Made by a program: the position numbers and the translations under genes. This document shows positions 48,605-59,467 of a stretch of 64,000 nt of DNA, in pieces. Position 1 is the stretch's first letter. Each line of letters starts with the position of its first letter. A model generated the notes under the pieces. That model had not been told where the DNA came from, searched no databases, and saw only the letters and a list, made by a program, of their open reading frames with translations. Where the stretch lies: positions 2,915,253 to 2,979,252 of the forward strand of contig OZ243982.1 of assembly GCA_965214805.1 (NCBI GenBank), given 5' to 3'. Source of the DNA: Thermoanaerobaculia bacterium. Its GTDB lineage: Bacteria; Acidobacteriota; Thermoanaerobaculia; Multivoradales; Multivoraceae.

Positions 48605-49404
48605 GCACCCTCCTGGTCGACGGTTGTGCGCGCGCGGCCGACGGCACGGTTGGCCGAGCGTCTGCCCCGGCAGTGCCGAGTCTGCGGCCCGCCGCCGCAT
48701 CGGCCCGGCGCCTGCTGCTCTTTGCCAAGGAGCCGGCGCCCGGTCGGGTGAAGACGCGGATGATCGCGCCGGGCGGGTTGACTGCAGGTCAGGCCGCTTC
48801 CCTTCACGCGGCCCTGGTCGCGGACCTGAGCGGGCGTCTCCGGGCAGGCCGCTGGGAGCTGATCCTGATGTGGTCCCTGCCGGAGGGCGGCGATCCGCCG
48901 GGCGACCTGACGCCTGTCGGCGTGCCCTGGCGGCGGCAGCATGGAAGTGACCTGGGCGGGCGCCTCTTCCGTGGGCTGGAATGGGCGGCTTCCGGCGCCG
49001 GTTGCGTCGCGGCGATCGGCAGCGATCAGCCCGACCTCGATCCGGCGCGAGTGGAGGCGGCGTTCGATCTTCTTGCGTGCGCGCACGACGTGGTCCTCGG
49101 CCCGGCGCGGGACGGCGGTTACTACCTGATCGCCTTGCGGCGCGAAGCGCTGCATCGTCGGCTGTTCGACGGCGTGGCGTGGGGCACGCCGGCAGTGCTT
49201 CGCGAGACGCTGTCGCGCTGCTGCGGTCTGGGGTTGGAGGTGGGCCTTCTTCCCGAAGAGGAGGATCTCGACACGATTGACGATCTGGCCCGATTCGCGA
49301 GCGCTCTGGAGCGCCGTCCCGAGTTGCGGCTCCTGTGCCCGCGAACGGCCGATCTGGTCCGGTCGTGGTCGGCGTGGGCATCGGGAACGGAGAGTCGGGT
49401 TTGA
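48601..49404 (+). CDS. DUF2064/TIGR04282-like glycosyltransferase-fold protein
   Basis: LLLFAKEPAPGRVKTRM...IGSDQPDL...VLGPARDGGYYLIAL...VAWGT..V motifs. Confidence 0.7.
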   Translation: MSTLLVDGCARAADGTVGRASAPAVPSLRPAAASARRLLLFAKEPAPGRVKTRMIAPGGLTAGQAASLHAALVADLSGRLRAGRWELILMWSLPEGGDPPGDLTPVGVPWRRQHGSDLGGRLFRGLEWAASGAGCVAAIGSDQPDLDPARVEAAFDLLACAHDVVLGPARDGGYYLIALRREALHRRLFDGVAWGTPAVLRETLSRCCGLGLEVGLLPEEEDLDTIDDLARFASALERRPELRLLCPRTADLVRSWSAWASGTESRV

Positions 49405-50993
49405 GAGTCGTCACCACCGACGAGATGCGCACCGTCGAAGCCTCGGTGATCGACAGTCTTGGCGTGCCGGCGCTGGTGCTGATGGAGAACGCGGCCCGCG
49501 CCGCCGCCGACGCCATTGCCGCCTGCTATCCGTGCGCGCGCCGCGTCGCCATCGCCTGCGGCCGGGGCAACAACGGCGGCGACGGTCTGGCCCTGCTGCG
49601 CAACCTGACGACGCGGGGGTACGAGGCAACCGCGTTCATCGCCGGATCGCCCGACCGTCTCAGCCTGGAAGCCACGCGGCAGTTCCTGTCCTGCGAGCAG
49701 CTCGGTCTGCCGCTGGCTTCGGTGCTCGAACCCGCGGAGTCTGACGCGGTGGGCGCGGAGTTCGACCTCTGGGTCGACGCGCTGTTGGGCACGGGGCTGA
49801 ATCGGCCGGTGGAGGGCCCGCCGGCCCGATGGGTGGACTGGCTGTGCAGGCGGCGGGGAGACGTTCCGCTGGTCTCGGTGGATCTGCCGACCGGACTCGA
49901 CGCCTCGACAGCCGTGCCGCCGGGGCCGCATGTCGTCGCCGACCTGACCGTGGCTTTCGGCTTCCCCAAGGTTGCGCATGTGCTGGCGCCCGCGGCGGAC
50001 GCCTGCGGACGGCTTCGGATCGGCGACCTCGGCGTGCCGTTGCCCGAACCGCCGCCGGGTCCCGAGGCGCTCTACCGGTCGCGGCGGGAAGATCTCGTCG
50101 GCCGGCTCGGAGCGCGTCCGCTGGACGGGCACAAGGGCAGCTTCGGTCACGTCGTCGTCGCCGGCGGGTCGAGCGGCTACAGCGGCGCCGTGGTCCTGGC
50201 GGCGCGTGCGGCGGTCCGCGGCGGCGCCGGGCTGGTGACGGCAGCGGTGCCCGAACCTCTGGTCGACGTGGTCGACTCCGGCTCGGTCGAGTCCATGACT
50301 CTGGGCCTGCCGTCGGAGCGGGGCGGCTGGTCACGGAACGCCGTGGAGCCGTTGCTGCGTGCGATCGCCGAGCGCGCTTCGCCGGGTGCGCTGGCGCTGG
50401 GCCCGGGCCTGGGCCTGAGCGACGACGCCCGCGTTCTTGCCCGGCAGGCGCTGGCCCGAAGCGCGGCGCCCGTCGTGCTCGATGCGGACGGCATCTCCGC
50501 CTTCTCCGGGGACGCTCGGGCGCTCCGTGCGCGCGACGCCGACCTCGTGATCACGCCTCATCCCGGCGAGCTGGCCCGTCTGCTGGGCGTCAGGACCGAC
50601 GCCGTCGTGAAGGCCCGTTGGGAGCACGCGCGGACGGCTGCTCGGGAGACCGGGGCGGTGGTCGTCCTCAAGGGCCGGCAGACGCTGATTTCCGATCCCG
50701 TTCTCGGCACTTGGGTGAACCCGACCGGCAATCCGGGCATGGCCTCGGGGGGCAGCGGCGACGTCTTGACCGGGGTGATCGCGGCGTTGCTCGCCCAGGG
50801 ACTGGAACCGCCTTCCGCGGCCAGGATGGGCGTCTACGTTCATGGCCTGGCGGGCGATCTGGCGGCGGCGGCCTGGGGTGAGACGTCGATGGCCGCTTCC
50901 GACCTGATCGGCGAGCTGGGAGCGGCGTTCAGGTCGCTCGAACCGCGGGACGAGTCGCGGACTCCGTGTTCGACGCCGGCCGCCGCGCCGTGA
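49401..50993 (+). CDS. nnr: bifunctional NAD(P)H-hydrate epimerase / ADP-dependent dehydratase
   Basis: LMENAARA...CGRGNNGGDGLA (YjeF_N) and HKGSFGHVVVAGGS...GGSGDVLTG (carbohydrate-kinase part). Confidence 0.85.
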   Translation: MRVVTTDEMRTVEASVIDSLGVPALVLMENAARAAADAIAACYPCARRVAIACGRGNNGGDGLALLRNLTTRGYEATAFIAGSPDRLSLEATRQFLSCEQLGLPLASVLEPAESDAVGAEFDLWVDALLGTGLNRPVEGPPARWVDWLCRRRGDVPLVSVDLPTGLDASTAVPPGPHVVADLTVAFGFPKVAHVLAPAADACGRLRIGDLGVPLPEPPPGPEALYRSRREDLVGRLGARPLDGHKGSFGHVVVAGGSSGYSGAVVLAARAAVRGGAGLVTAAVPEPLVDVVDSGSVESMTLGLPSERGGWSRNAVEPLLRAIAERASPGALALGPGLGLSDDARVLARQALARSAAPVVLDADGISAFSGDARALRARDADLVITPHPGELARLLGVRTDAVVKARWEHARTAARETGAVVVLKGRQTLISDPVLGTWVNPTGNPGMASGGSGDVLTGVIAALLAQGLEPPSAARMGVYVHGLAGDLAAAAWGETSMAASDLIGELGAAFRSLEPRDESRTPCSTPAAAP

Positions 50994-51063
50994 GTCTGCG
51001 CGTCAGGCCTGACCGGAGAACCGATGAAGCCGCGTTCCTGCCGCGCAGACTCGCGTTCCTGCC

Positions 51064-51507
51064 GTGCGGAATGATGGCCGTCCCGGAATGATCGTCAGGA
51101 CCGGAAGCTCCGGAGAGACCCGCAGGTTGGGTATCGAGCTCGCCCGACGGCTGAAGCCGGGCGGTACGGCACTCCTGTTCGGCGAGCTGGGTTCCGGCAA
51201 GACGGTTCTCACCCAGGGCATAGCCGAGGGCCTGGGCCTGGACGCGGGGTTGATCCAGTCGCCGACCTTCACGCTCGTTCATGAGCACGACCGCGGCCCG
51301 GTACGCCTGGTGCACGTCGACCTCTACCGACTCGAGCCGGAGGAGGTCGAGGGAATCGGGTTGGAGGAGCTGTTGGCCGGCGACGGCGTCAAGGTCGTCG
51401 AGTGGGCCGACCGACTGCCGTATCGCGTGCCGGCGCTGGAGGTTCGGCTGGAGCTCGGCCGGGAAGCCGATCAGCGGAGGATCGAGGTCCGCGAAAGCCG
51501 TTGCTGA
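51064..51507 (+). CDS. tsaE: tRNA t6A37 biosynthesis ATPase TsaE
   Basis: LFGELGSGKTVLTQGIAEGLG....SPTFTLVHEH...HVDLYRL. The start may be ATG 51088. Confidence 0.85.
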   Translation: MRNDGRPGMIVRTGSSGETRRLGIELARRLKPGGTALLFGELGSGKTVLTQGIAEGLGLDAGLIQSPTFTLVHEHDRGPVRLVHVDLYRLEPEEVEGIGLEELLAGDGVKVVEWADRLPYRVPALEVRLELGREADQRRIEVRESRC

Positions 51508-51710
51508 CTGCCGCCGCCTGGCCGCCAGGCGCTTCGCGGGCTCGGAGTCCGGCCCAGGTGCCCGACCTCGATCCGACCTCGGCGGCGACCTTGCGCCGCA
51601 GAACTCACTCCGTTACGTTTCAGGCCGCCAGCATCGGAATCTCCGACCGGAGCCGGTGCGTTGACTTGCAGAACCAGGAGCCGCAAACCGGGAACAGCGA
51701 GAGAAGAACG

Positions 51711-52562
51711 ATGGAAATGGAACGCGTGGGCATCGTCGGCTGCGGTCTCATGGGCCGGGGCATCGCGGAGATCTGTGCACGGGCCGGGATCCGGGTCACC
51801 GTGAGGGAGATCAACCAGGAAGCGCTCGAGACGGGACTCGGCGCGGTGCGCAAGTCCCTGGCCAGGAGCCTGGACAAGCGCCGCATCGACTCCGAGGAGC
51901 ATGACCGGGCGATCGCCAACCTGAGCGGCACCGTCGATCTCGTGGATCTTGCCGGTTCCGACCTGGTGGTCGAGGCGATCGTCGAGGACCTCGAAACGAA
52001 GCGCGAGCTGTTCGTATCCCTGGACGGCATCGTCGGGGACGACACGATCTTCGCCAGCAACACGTCGTCGCTGACCCTCACCCAGCTTGCCGCGTCCACG
52101 TCGAGGCCGGACCGGTTCGTGGGGCTTCACTTCTTCAACCCGGTGCCGGTGATGCGGCTGGTCGAGGTCGTCCGCACCCTGATGACCTCCGACGAGGCGT
52201 ACGACACCTGCTGGAATCTCGCTCTGCGGGTCGGCAAGACTCCGGTCGCCTGCAAGGACAATTCCGGCTTCATCGTGAACCGGCTGCTGATTCCGTACCT
52301 GCTGGATGCGATCCGCGCCTACGAGAACGGCGTCGGGAGCCTGGAGGACATCGACACCGCGATGAGACTGGGCTGCGGTCATCCGATGGGACCGTTCACG
52401 CTCTGCGACTTCATCGGCCTGGACACGATGTACTACGTGGCGAACATCATGTTCGACGAGTACCGGGAAACCCGTTTCGCCCCGCCGACACTGCTCAAGC
52501 AGATGGTCCAGGCCGGACAACTGGGGCGCAAGACCGGCAAGGGGTTCTTTGACTACCGCTGA
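51711..52562 (+). CDS. hbd: 3-hydroxyacyl/3-hydroxybutyryl-CoA dehydrogenase
   Basis: VGIVGCGLMGRGIA...FASNTSSL...GLHFFNPVPVMRLVE...GFIVNRLL...GRKTGKGFFDY. Confidence 0.9.
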   Translation: MEMERVGIVGCGLMGRGIAEICARAGIRVTVREINQEALETGLGAVRKSLARSLDKRRIDSEEHDRAIANLSGTVDLVDLAGSDLVVEAIVEDLETKRELFVSLDGIVGDDTIFASNTSSLTLTQLAASTSRPDRFVGLHFFNPVPVMRLVEVVRTLMTSDEAYDTCWNLALRVGKTPVACKDNSGFIVNRLLIPYLLDAIRAYENGVGSLEDIDTAMRLGCGHPMGPFTLCDFIGLDTMYYVANIMFDEYRETRFAPPTLLKQMVQAGQLGRKTGKGFFDYR

Positions 52563-53553
52563 GCCAGCCCAGGCGAAGGCGCAGCTGGTCCTGCCCGAAG
52601 GGTCGGTGCAGGCGATCTGCGGCGCGCACGACGAGAACCTGCGGCGGGTCGAGAAGGCGCTCCAGGTGACCCTCGGCGTGCGTGGGTCGTCGGTTCGGAT
52701 CCAGGGCGAGCCAAGGGCCGTGGGCCAGGCGGAGCGTCTGCTCACCGACCTCGGCACGCTGGCCGCGAGCGGCCGTCGGCTCAGCGGCGGCGACATGGCG
52801 ACCGCCCTGCGCGTCGTGGCCGAGGAACCGCCGGCCTCGCTGGTCGACTTCTTCGGGACCGCGCCGTTGATCCGGGCTTCGCGCAGGCTGGTCGCTCCGC
52901 GCAGTCTGAACCAGAAGCGCTACCTGCGCGCCATGCAGGATCACGATCTGGTCATCTCGACCGGGCCGGCGGGCACGGGCAAGACCTATCTTGCGGTGGC
53001 GGTGGCGGCCTCCGCACTCAAGCAGGAGAAGGTACAGCGGATCGTGCTGGCCCGGCCGGCGGTCGAAGCGGGCGAGAAACTCGGGTTTCTCCCGGGCGAT
53101 CTGGCGGACAAGGTGAACCCCTATCTGCGGCCGCTGTACGATGCTCTCTACGACATCATCGGTTTCAACAGGGTCTCGCGGATGATGGAACGCGAGGTGA
53201 TCGAAGTGGCGCCGCTCGCCTTCATGCGGGGCCGTTCGCTCAACGACAGCTTCATCATTCTCGACGAGGCGCAGAACACGACGCCCGAACAGATGAAGAT
53301 GTTCCTGACCCGCATCGGCTTCCGCTCGAAGGCGGTGGTCAACGGGGACATCACCCAGGTCGACCTGCCGTTCGGTCAGCAGTCGGGTCTCAAGCACGCT
53401 CTGGAAGTGCTGGCGGGCGAGGAAGGCATCGAGGTCGTTGAGTTCCGAAGGTCCGACGTGGTCCGCCACGAGCTCGTGCAGAGGATCGTCGGCGCCTACG
53501 ACCGCTGGGAGGCCAGTTTCGGCGCCGACTCGGCGCGGAGCGAGGTCCGGTGA
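52549..53553 (+). CDS. phoH: PhoH-family ATPase
   Basis: STGPAGTGKTYLAVA...RPAVEAGEKLGFLPGDL...ILDEAQNTT...VVNGDITQVDLP. Confidence 0.9.
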   Translation: MTTAEPAQAKAQLVLPEGSVQAICGAHDENLRRVEKALQVTLGVRGSSVRIQGEPRAVGQAERLLTDLGTLAASGRRLSGGDMATALRVVAEEPPASLVDFFGTAPLIRASRRLVAPRSLNQKRYLRAMQDHDLVISTGPAGTGKTYLAVAVAASALKQEKVQRIVLARPAVEAGEKLGFLPGDLADKVNPYLRPLYDALYDIIGFNRVSRMMEREVIEVAPLAFMRGRSLNDSFIILDEAQNTTPEQMKMFLTRIGFRSKAVVNGDITQVDLPFGQQSGLKHALEVLAGEEGIEVVEFRRSDVVRHELVQRIVGAYDRWEASFGADSARSEVR

Positions 53554-55955
53554 GCGCGTCGGCGAAGACGTCTCGCCAGCGCCGCACCGATCGCCGGCGG
53601 GAGGCTCGCAGACGGCTGCGGCGCCGCATGTTCCGCCGTCACGGCGACCGGTTGACCGTCGCCGGCCTGTGGCACTACGTACTGGAACTCGACCTCGTGT
53701 GGGTCCCGTTCCTGGTCCTGGTCGGCGCCTGGATCATGATTCCCGCCGGCTTCTTCTTCGGTCCGGACCTTGGCGAGGGCGACATCGCGAACCGCGACTA
53801 TCACGCGACGCGAGATGTCCTGATCCTGGATGAAGCGACCTCGGAGGAACTGAAGGAGCGGGCCCGCTCCGGTGTCCGGCCGCTGTACGACTTCGACGAA
53901 GCCCTGGCCGAGGAAGTCGAGGGCCGGATCGCGCGGCTGTTCGAGATCGAGCGCGGGTTCGATGGCGTCGCCGAGCTGCTGCCGGAGGAGGACGTGGCAG
54001 CCGAGCGGCTGCGGCGGCTGAGGGAGGGAAGTGACCTGCGCGTCGACGAAGGGCACGCCGACCTGCTTGCCGTCCGCGTCGGCGGCGGGGACCAGGGCGC
54101 GGAACTCGAGGAGCGCCTGGTCAATCTGGTCGGGTTCCTGCTGAGGGCGGGGATCGTGGAGAACAAGGCAACCCTGCTCCAGAACCGGCTTGAGGGCGTG
54201 ACGCTGCGCAAGCTGCAGACCGGCGAGGAGTCGGTCCAGTTCGACCTGTTCGGCTACCGGGGCTATCCGGGCGACGTGGAGAGCTACCTGGAAGAAGAGG
54301 TTGGCCGCTGGGGCGGCTGGTCGCGCGCCGATCGCGAGACGATCGTCGATTTCCTGATGGTCAACCTGACGCCGAACGTCTATCTGAACCTGAACGAGAC
54401 CCAGGAGCGGCGGAATGCGGCAGCGGACGCGGTCGGCCAGGTGTTCACCCAGATCAGGGTGGGCCAGGTCATCGTGCGCAAGGGCGAGCTGGTCGACCAC
54501 GAGGCCGCCAGCCTGCTGCAGGAGATGACGGGCAGCGAACGGAAGCTGACCCTGCTTCGATCCCCTCTGGCGTCTGCGCTGCTGCTGGGTCTGGCGGCGG
54601 CGTTCCTGTGGATCGCGTTCCGGCGCAAGCGGCTGGTCACGGTGGAGGCCCGCGCCTTCGGCAGCGTCGTCCTGCTCCTGGTCCTGGGTCTTGTGGCGAC
54701 TCGTTTCGGTTTCGTGGTGGCGGACGCGCTCGCCGCGTCGTTCGAGATCGAGGCGTTCAGTTCCGCGCGCAGCTACGGCTTCGCGATCCCGTTCGCCGCC
54801 GTCGCGCTCCTGGTGTCGGTCCTCTACGGGCGCGGCGCCGGGTTGCTTGCCGGCCTGGTCTTCTCGGTTCTCGTCGGGCGTCTCGGATGGGCGGAGACAG
54901 GTGCCTCCCCGCTCGGACTCGCGGGAGGCACGATGCTCTACGCCCTGACCGGCAGTCTCGCCGCCGTGATCGCTCTCGACCAGTTGAAACAGCGGTCCGC
55001 GTTGATCAGAGCGGGCCTGCTGGTCGGATTCGTCAACATGGCTTCGGTGACCGTGGTGACTCTGCTGGACGAGAACGGCGCCACGATCGCCGGCTGGGGC
55101 TTCGAGCTGCTCTGCGGACTTCTTGGCGGCCTGCTGGTCGCGGCCGCGGTCGGTTTCGCGATCCCCGTGTTCGAGGCAGTGCTCTTCCTGACCACCGACA
55201 TGAAGCTGATGGAGCTCTCCGACACGAACAGTCCGCTCCTGCGGCAGGTTGCCTTCGAGGCGCCCGGGACCTTCCAGCACTCGCTGATGGTCGCCAATCT
55301 GGCCAAGGCCGGCTGCGAGGCCGTGGGCGGAAACCCGACGCTGGCGTATGTGGGAGGCCTCTACCACGACATCGGCAAGGTGCGGCGGCCGCGGTACTTC
55401 GTGGAGAACCAGCGCGACGGCGACAACCCGCACGACAACCTCGCGCCGTCGATGTCGGCGCTGATCCTGGTCGATCACGTGAAGGAGGGCGTCCGCCTGG
55501 CTCGGGAGCACGGCCTGCCGCAGCGGATCGTGGACGCGATCGAACAGCACCACGGCACGCGGGCCTTGGGCTACTTCCTCGCCCGCGCCAGGAAGCGGGC
55601 GGCGCCGGGGCAGTCGATCAGCGAGCACCAGTACCACTATCCGGGTCCCGTGCCCCAGAACAAGACGATGGGCGTGCTGATGGTCGCCGATACGGTGGAG
55701 GCGGCGAGCCGAACCCTGGAGGACTTCTCCGAGGATTCGATTCGGGAACTGGTGACGCGGCTCCTGGATGACATCGTCGAGCACGGCCAGCTGGATCAGA
55801 CGGATCTGACACTTTCCGACCTTCGACGGCTGAGCTACACCCTGCAGAACGTCCTGAAGACGGTCCACCATCACCGGGTGGAGTATCCGGGCTTCGAGTG
55901 GGGCGCAGAGAACCGGGGTTCGCTCCGGGTTCTTCCCGGCGGCGGGGGCGAATAG
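53550..55955 (+). CDS. pgpH: 7TM-HD (HDIG) membrane phosphohydrolase, PgpH/YqfF-like
   Basis: 801 aa. Extracytoplasmic N-domain, 7 TM helices, and the HD domain with HSLMVANLA...GLYHDIGK... Confidence 0.85.
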   Translation: MSASAKTSRQRRTDRRREARRRLRRRMFRRHGDRLTVAGLWHYVLELDLVWVPFLVLVGAWIMIPAGFFFGPDLGEGDIANRDYHATRDVLILDEATSEELKERARSGVRPLYDFDEALAEEVEGRIARLFEIERGFDGVAELLPEEDVAAERLRRLREGSDLRVDEGHADLLAVRVGGGDQGAELEERLVNLVGFLLRAGIVENKATLLQNRLEGVTLRKLQTGEESVQFDLFGYRGYPGDVESYLEEEVGRWGGWSRADRETIVDFLMVNLTPNVYLNLNETQERRNAAADAVGQVFTQIRVGQVIVRKGELVDHEAASLLQEMTGSERKLTLLRSPLASALLLGLAAAFLWIAFRRKRLVTVEARAFGSVVLLLVLGLVATRFGFVVADALAASFEIEAFSSARSYGFAIPFAAVALLVSVLYGRGAGLLAGLVFSVLVGRLGWAETGASPLGLAGGTMLYALTGSLAAVIALDQLKQRSALIRAGLLVGFVNMASVTVVTLLDENGATIAGWGFELLCGLLGGLLVAAAVGFAIPVFEAVLFLTTDMKLMELSDTNSPLLRQVAFEAPGTFQHSLMVANLAKAGCEAVGGNPTLAYVGGLYHDIGKVRRPRYFVENQRDGDNPHDNLAPSMSALILVDHVKEGVRLAREHGLPQRIVDAIEQHHGTRALGYFLARARKRAAPGQSISEHQYHYPGPVPQNKTMGVLMVADTVEAASRTLEDFSEDSIRELVTRLLDDIVEHGQLDQTDLTLSDLRRLSYTLQNVLKTVHHHRVEYPGFEWGAENRGSLRVLPGGGGE

Positions 55956-56029
55956 CGTCCCGAGCGGCACTGGTCGGAGGCGCGCCCGAGGGCGCGACCG
56001 GGAGACAGAAGGCAGAGAAAGAGCATTAC

Positions 56030-57421
56030 GTGGCGACCATCGACCTGCAGGTCGCGGCTGCGGTCGAGGCCGACTGCCGCGCTCACGTTCCCGGGCTTCG
56101 CCGGCTGGCGCGCGACCTGGTTGCGGAACTGGCGCCCGGCCGTGCGACCCTGGTCCTGCGCCTCACGGACGACCGCGAGATCCGGGATCTGAACCGCCGC
56201 TACCGGCAGGTCGACAGGCCGACCGACGTGCTTTCCTTCCCGGGCGAGACCTCTCCGGAGGGGCGGCACCTGGGCGATGTGGTGATCTCGGTGGAGACGG
56301 CGCTGGCCCGTACGCGCGGCGGCCCGGCGCTGCGACGGACAGTCGTGTTGGCACGGGAAGCAGCGCTGCCGCGGGAAGCAGTGCTGTCGCGGGAACTTGG
56401 CGTGCTCGCACTGCACGGAGTCCTCCACTGCCTGGGATACGACCACGAGACGGATGACGGTGAGATGGAAGCCCTGGAACGGCAGCTGCGGGAACGCCTC
56501 CTGGAACCGCGTACCGAGTGCAAGGAACAGCGCAAGTCCGGCACGGTGGCGCTCGTCGGACGTCCGAACGCGGGCAAATCGACCCTGATGAACCGGATGC
56601 TGGGCGAGAAGCTGGCGATCGTCTCCGACAAGCCGCAGACCACGCGCCAGCGGCTGATCGGCATCCTGACCACCAGGCGCGGCCAGATGGTGTTCCACGA
56701 CACGCCCGGCCTGCACCGGCCCCTGCACCGGCTGAACCGGCGCATGGTTCACGCGGCTTCGTCCGCGCTCAGGGAGGCGGACGTCGTGTGCCTGATTCGG
56801 GACGTGTCGGTTCCCTTCGGCAAGGGCGACGCCTACGCTCTCGATCTCGTCCGCGGCGCCGCGGCGGATGGCCTGGAGCGTTCCGTGCTGTGCCTGCTGA
56901 ACAAGATCGACCGGATCGCGAAGCCGAAGCTCCTGCCCGAGATCGAGCGCTATGCCGCTGGCGGCGTGTTCAGGGAGATCGTGCCCATCTCGGCACTCAC
57001 CGGGAACGGCGTGGACCAGGTCGTGGAGCTCCTCTGGCGGCAACTTCCGGCAGGTGAGCCGCAGCACGATCCGGAGCTTCTGACCGTGCACACGGAGCGC
57101 TTCCTGGTCGCCGAACTGATCCGGGAGAAGGTGCTGGAGCAGACACGGGACGAGTTGCCCTTCACGACCGCAGTCGTCATCGAAGCCTGGGAGGATGCCG
57201 GCCGGCGGACCGACCTGCTCGCGCACATCCTGGTCGATCGGGACAGCCACAAGGGCATCGTGATCGGTCGTGGCGGCCGGCGCGTCAAGGAGATCGGGAC
57301 GGCGGCCCGCCGGGACCTGGAGGACTTCCTGGGGCGGCGGGTGTACCTGGAGCTGCAGGTCAGGACGCACCCGGGATGGCGCGAGGACACGGCGGTGCTC
57401 GGCCGGCTGGAAACGGGATAG
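56030..57421 (+). CDS. single-ORF fusion of endoribonuclease YbeY and GTPase Era
   Basis: The N-terminal part has VLSFP...GDVVIS...[13 protein letters not shown] (YbeY zinc motif). After the linker RTECKEQRK comes [18 protein letters not shown]...DKPQTTR...DTPG...NKID and a KH-domain end (Era). There is no stop and no plausible internal start between the two parts. Confidence 0.85.
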   Translation: MATIDLQVAAAVEADCRAHVPGLRRLARDLVAELAPGRATLVLRLTDDREIRDLNRRYRQVDRPTDVLSFPGETSPEGRHLGDVVISVETALARTRGGPALRRTVVLAREAALPREAVLSRELGVLALHGVLHCLGYDHETDDGEMEALERQLRERLLEPRTECKEQRKSGTVALVGRPNAGKSTLMNRMLGEKLAIVSDKPQTTRQRLIGILTTRRGQMVFHDTPGLHRPLHRLNRRMVHAASSALREADVVCLIRDVSVPFGKGDAYALDLVRGAAADGLERSVLCLLNKIDRIAKPKLLPEIERYAAGGVFREIVPISALTGNGVDQVVELLWRQLPAGEPQHDPELLTVHTERFLVAELIREKVLEQTRDELPFTTAVVIEAWEDAGRRTDLLAHILVDRDSHKGIVIGRGGRRVKEIGTAARRDLEDFLGRRVYLELQVRTHPGWREDTAVLGRLETG

Positions 57422-57496
57422 CGGCCCGCATCGTCTCGGCCGGCCTCGCTGCAGAAACGTCCGATCCAGGGGCCTCCTGTCCACAGAGTTGTTGGC

Positions 57497-57544
57497 TCGG
57501 AGTGGCCCCGCGTCGGAGTGGCCCTGCATCGGAGTGGCCCTTCG
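57497..57544 (+). repeat. 3 x 16-bp tandem repeat TCGGAGTGGCCC-NNNN in the era-glnA intergenic region
   Basis: TCGGAGTGGCCCCGCG / TCGGAGTGGCCCTGCA / TCGGAGTGGCCCTTCG, then a partial TCGGG. Read directly. Confidence 0.9.
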
Positions 57545-57774
57545 TCGGGTTTGCCAACGAAGACGCGGCGAAGGCGAACGGAGGAACCGCTCAGGGTCCA
57601 GGCCGCCGGCGCCGTGGCGGCGTCATGGGTTGCCAGTTGATGGGCTCGCTGATAGACAGTCGGCAGGGCGCTGTGGTGCATGCACGACAGTCGGGTGGAC
57701 GGCTTGGCCGCTTCGCTCGGCGCGGCTCACCGCAGCAACGAACAGCACGGCAAGGAACAGCAAAGGAGGACTTC

Positions 57775-59196
<1,422 letters not shown>

Positions 59197-59258
59197 TCGG
59201 GTCTGATCGCGAAACCGGCGCCGTTGTCCGCGCCGGGTGGAAATTCGTGAGGTTCACG

Positions 59259-59288
59259 GGCCGGCCGTGCAGCGTTGTGCGGCCGGCC
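59259..59288 (+). terminator. GC-rich hairpin downstream of glnA (possible terminator, no U-tract)
   Basis: GGCCGGCC(GT)GCA - GCGTTG - TGC GGCCGGCC gives an 11-bp stem with a 2-nt bulge, 62 nt after the glnA stop. Confidence 0.3.
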
Positions 59289-59467
59289 TGTTCGGACGCA
59301 GTTCGTTCGGTGGCAGCTCATCGGAGGCAGTTCGTCGTCGGCGACGCTTCGGAGGCGGCGCAGGCCTCGGTTGCTGTTACCGTTGCACCTGATTCTGGAA
59401 CACTCGCATTCGAGAACGCGCGCCGACTGAGAGGCGCGCGTCGTCCGCAGAGGAGGAGGTCCCTTCC

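Noticed and set aside
53496-55970. 824-aa minus-strand ORF
   Set aside because: It is antisense to the 7TM-HD (pgpH-like) gene and has a shadow-frame composition.
36529-57549. Short tandem repeats considered as CRISPR-like arrays
   Set aside because: The units are 16-18 bp, directly abutting with no spacers, and present in only 2-3 copies. This is not CRISPR architecture.
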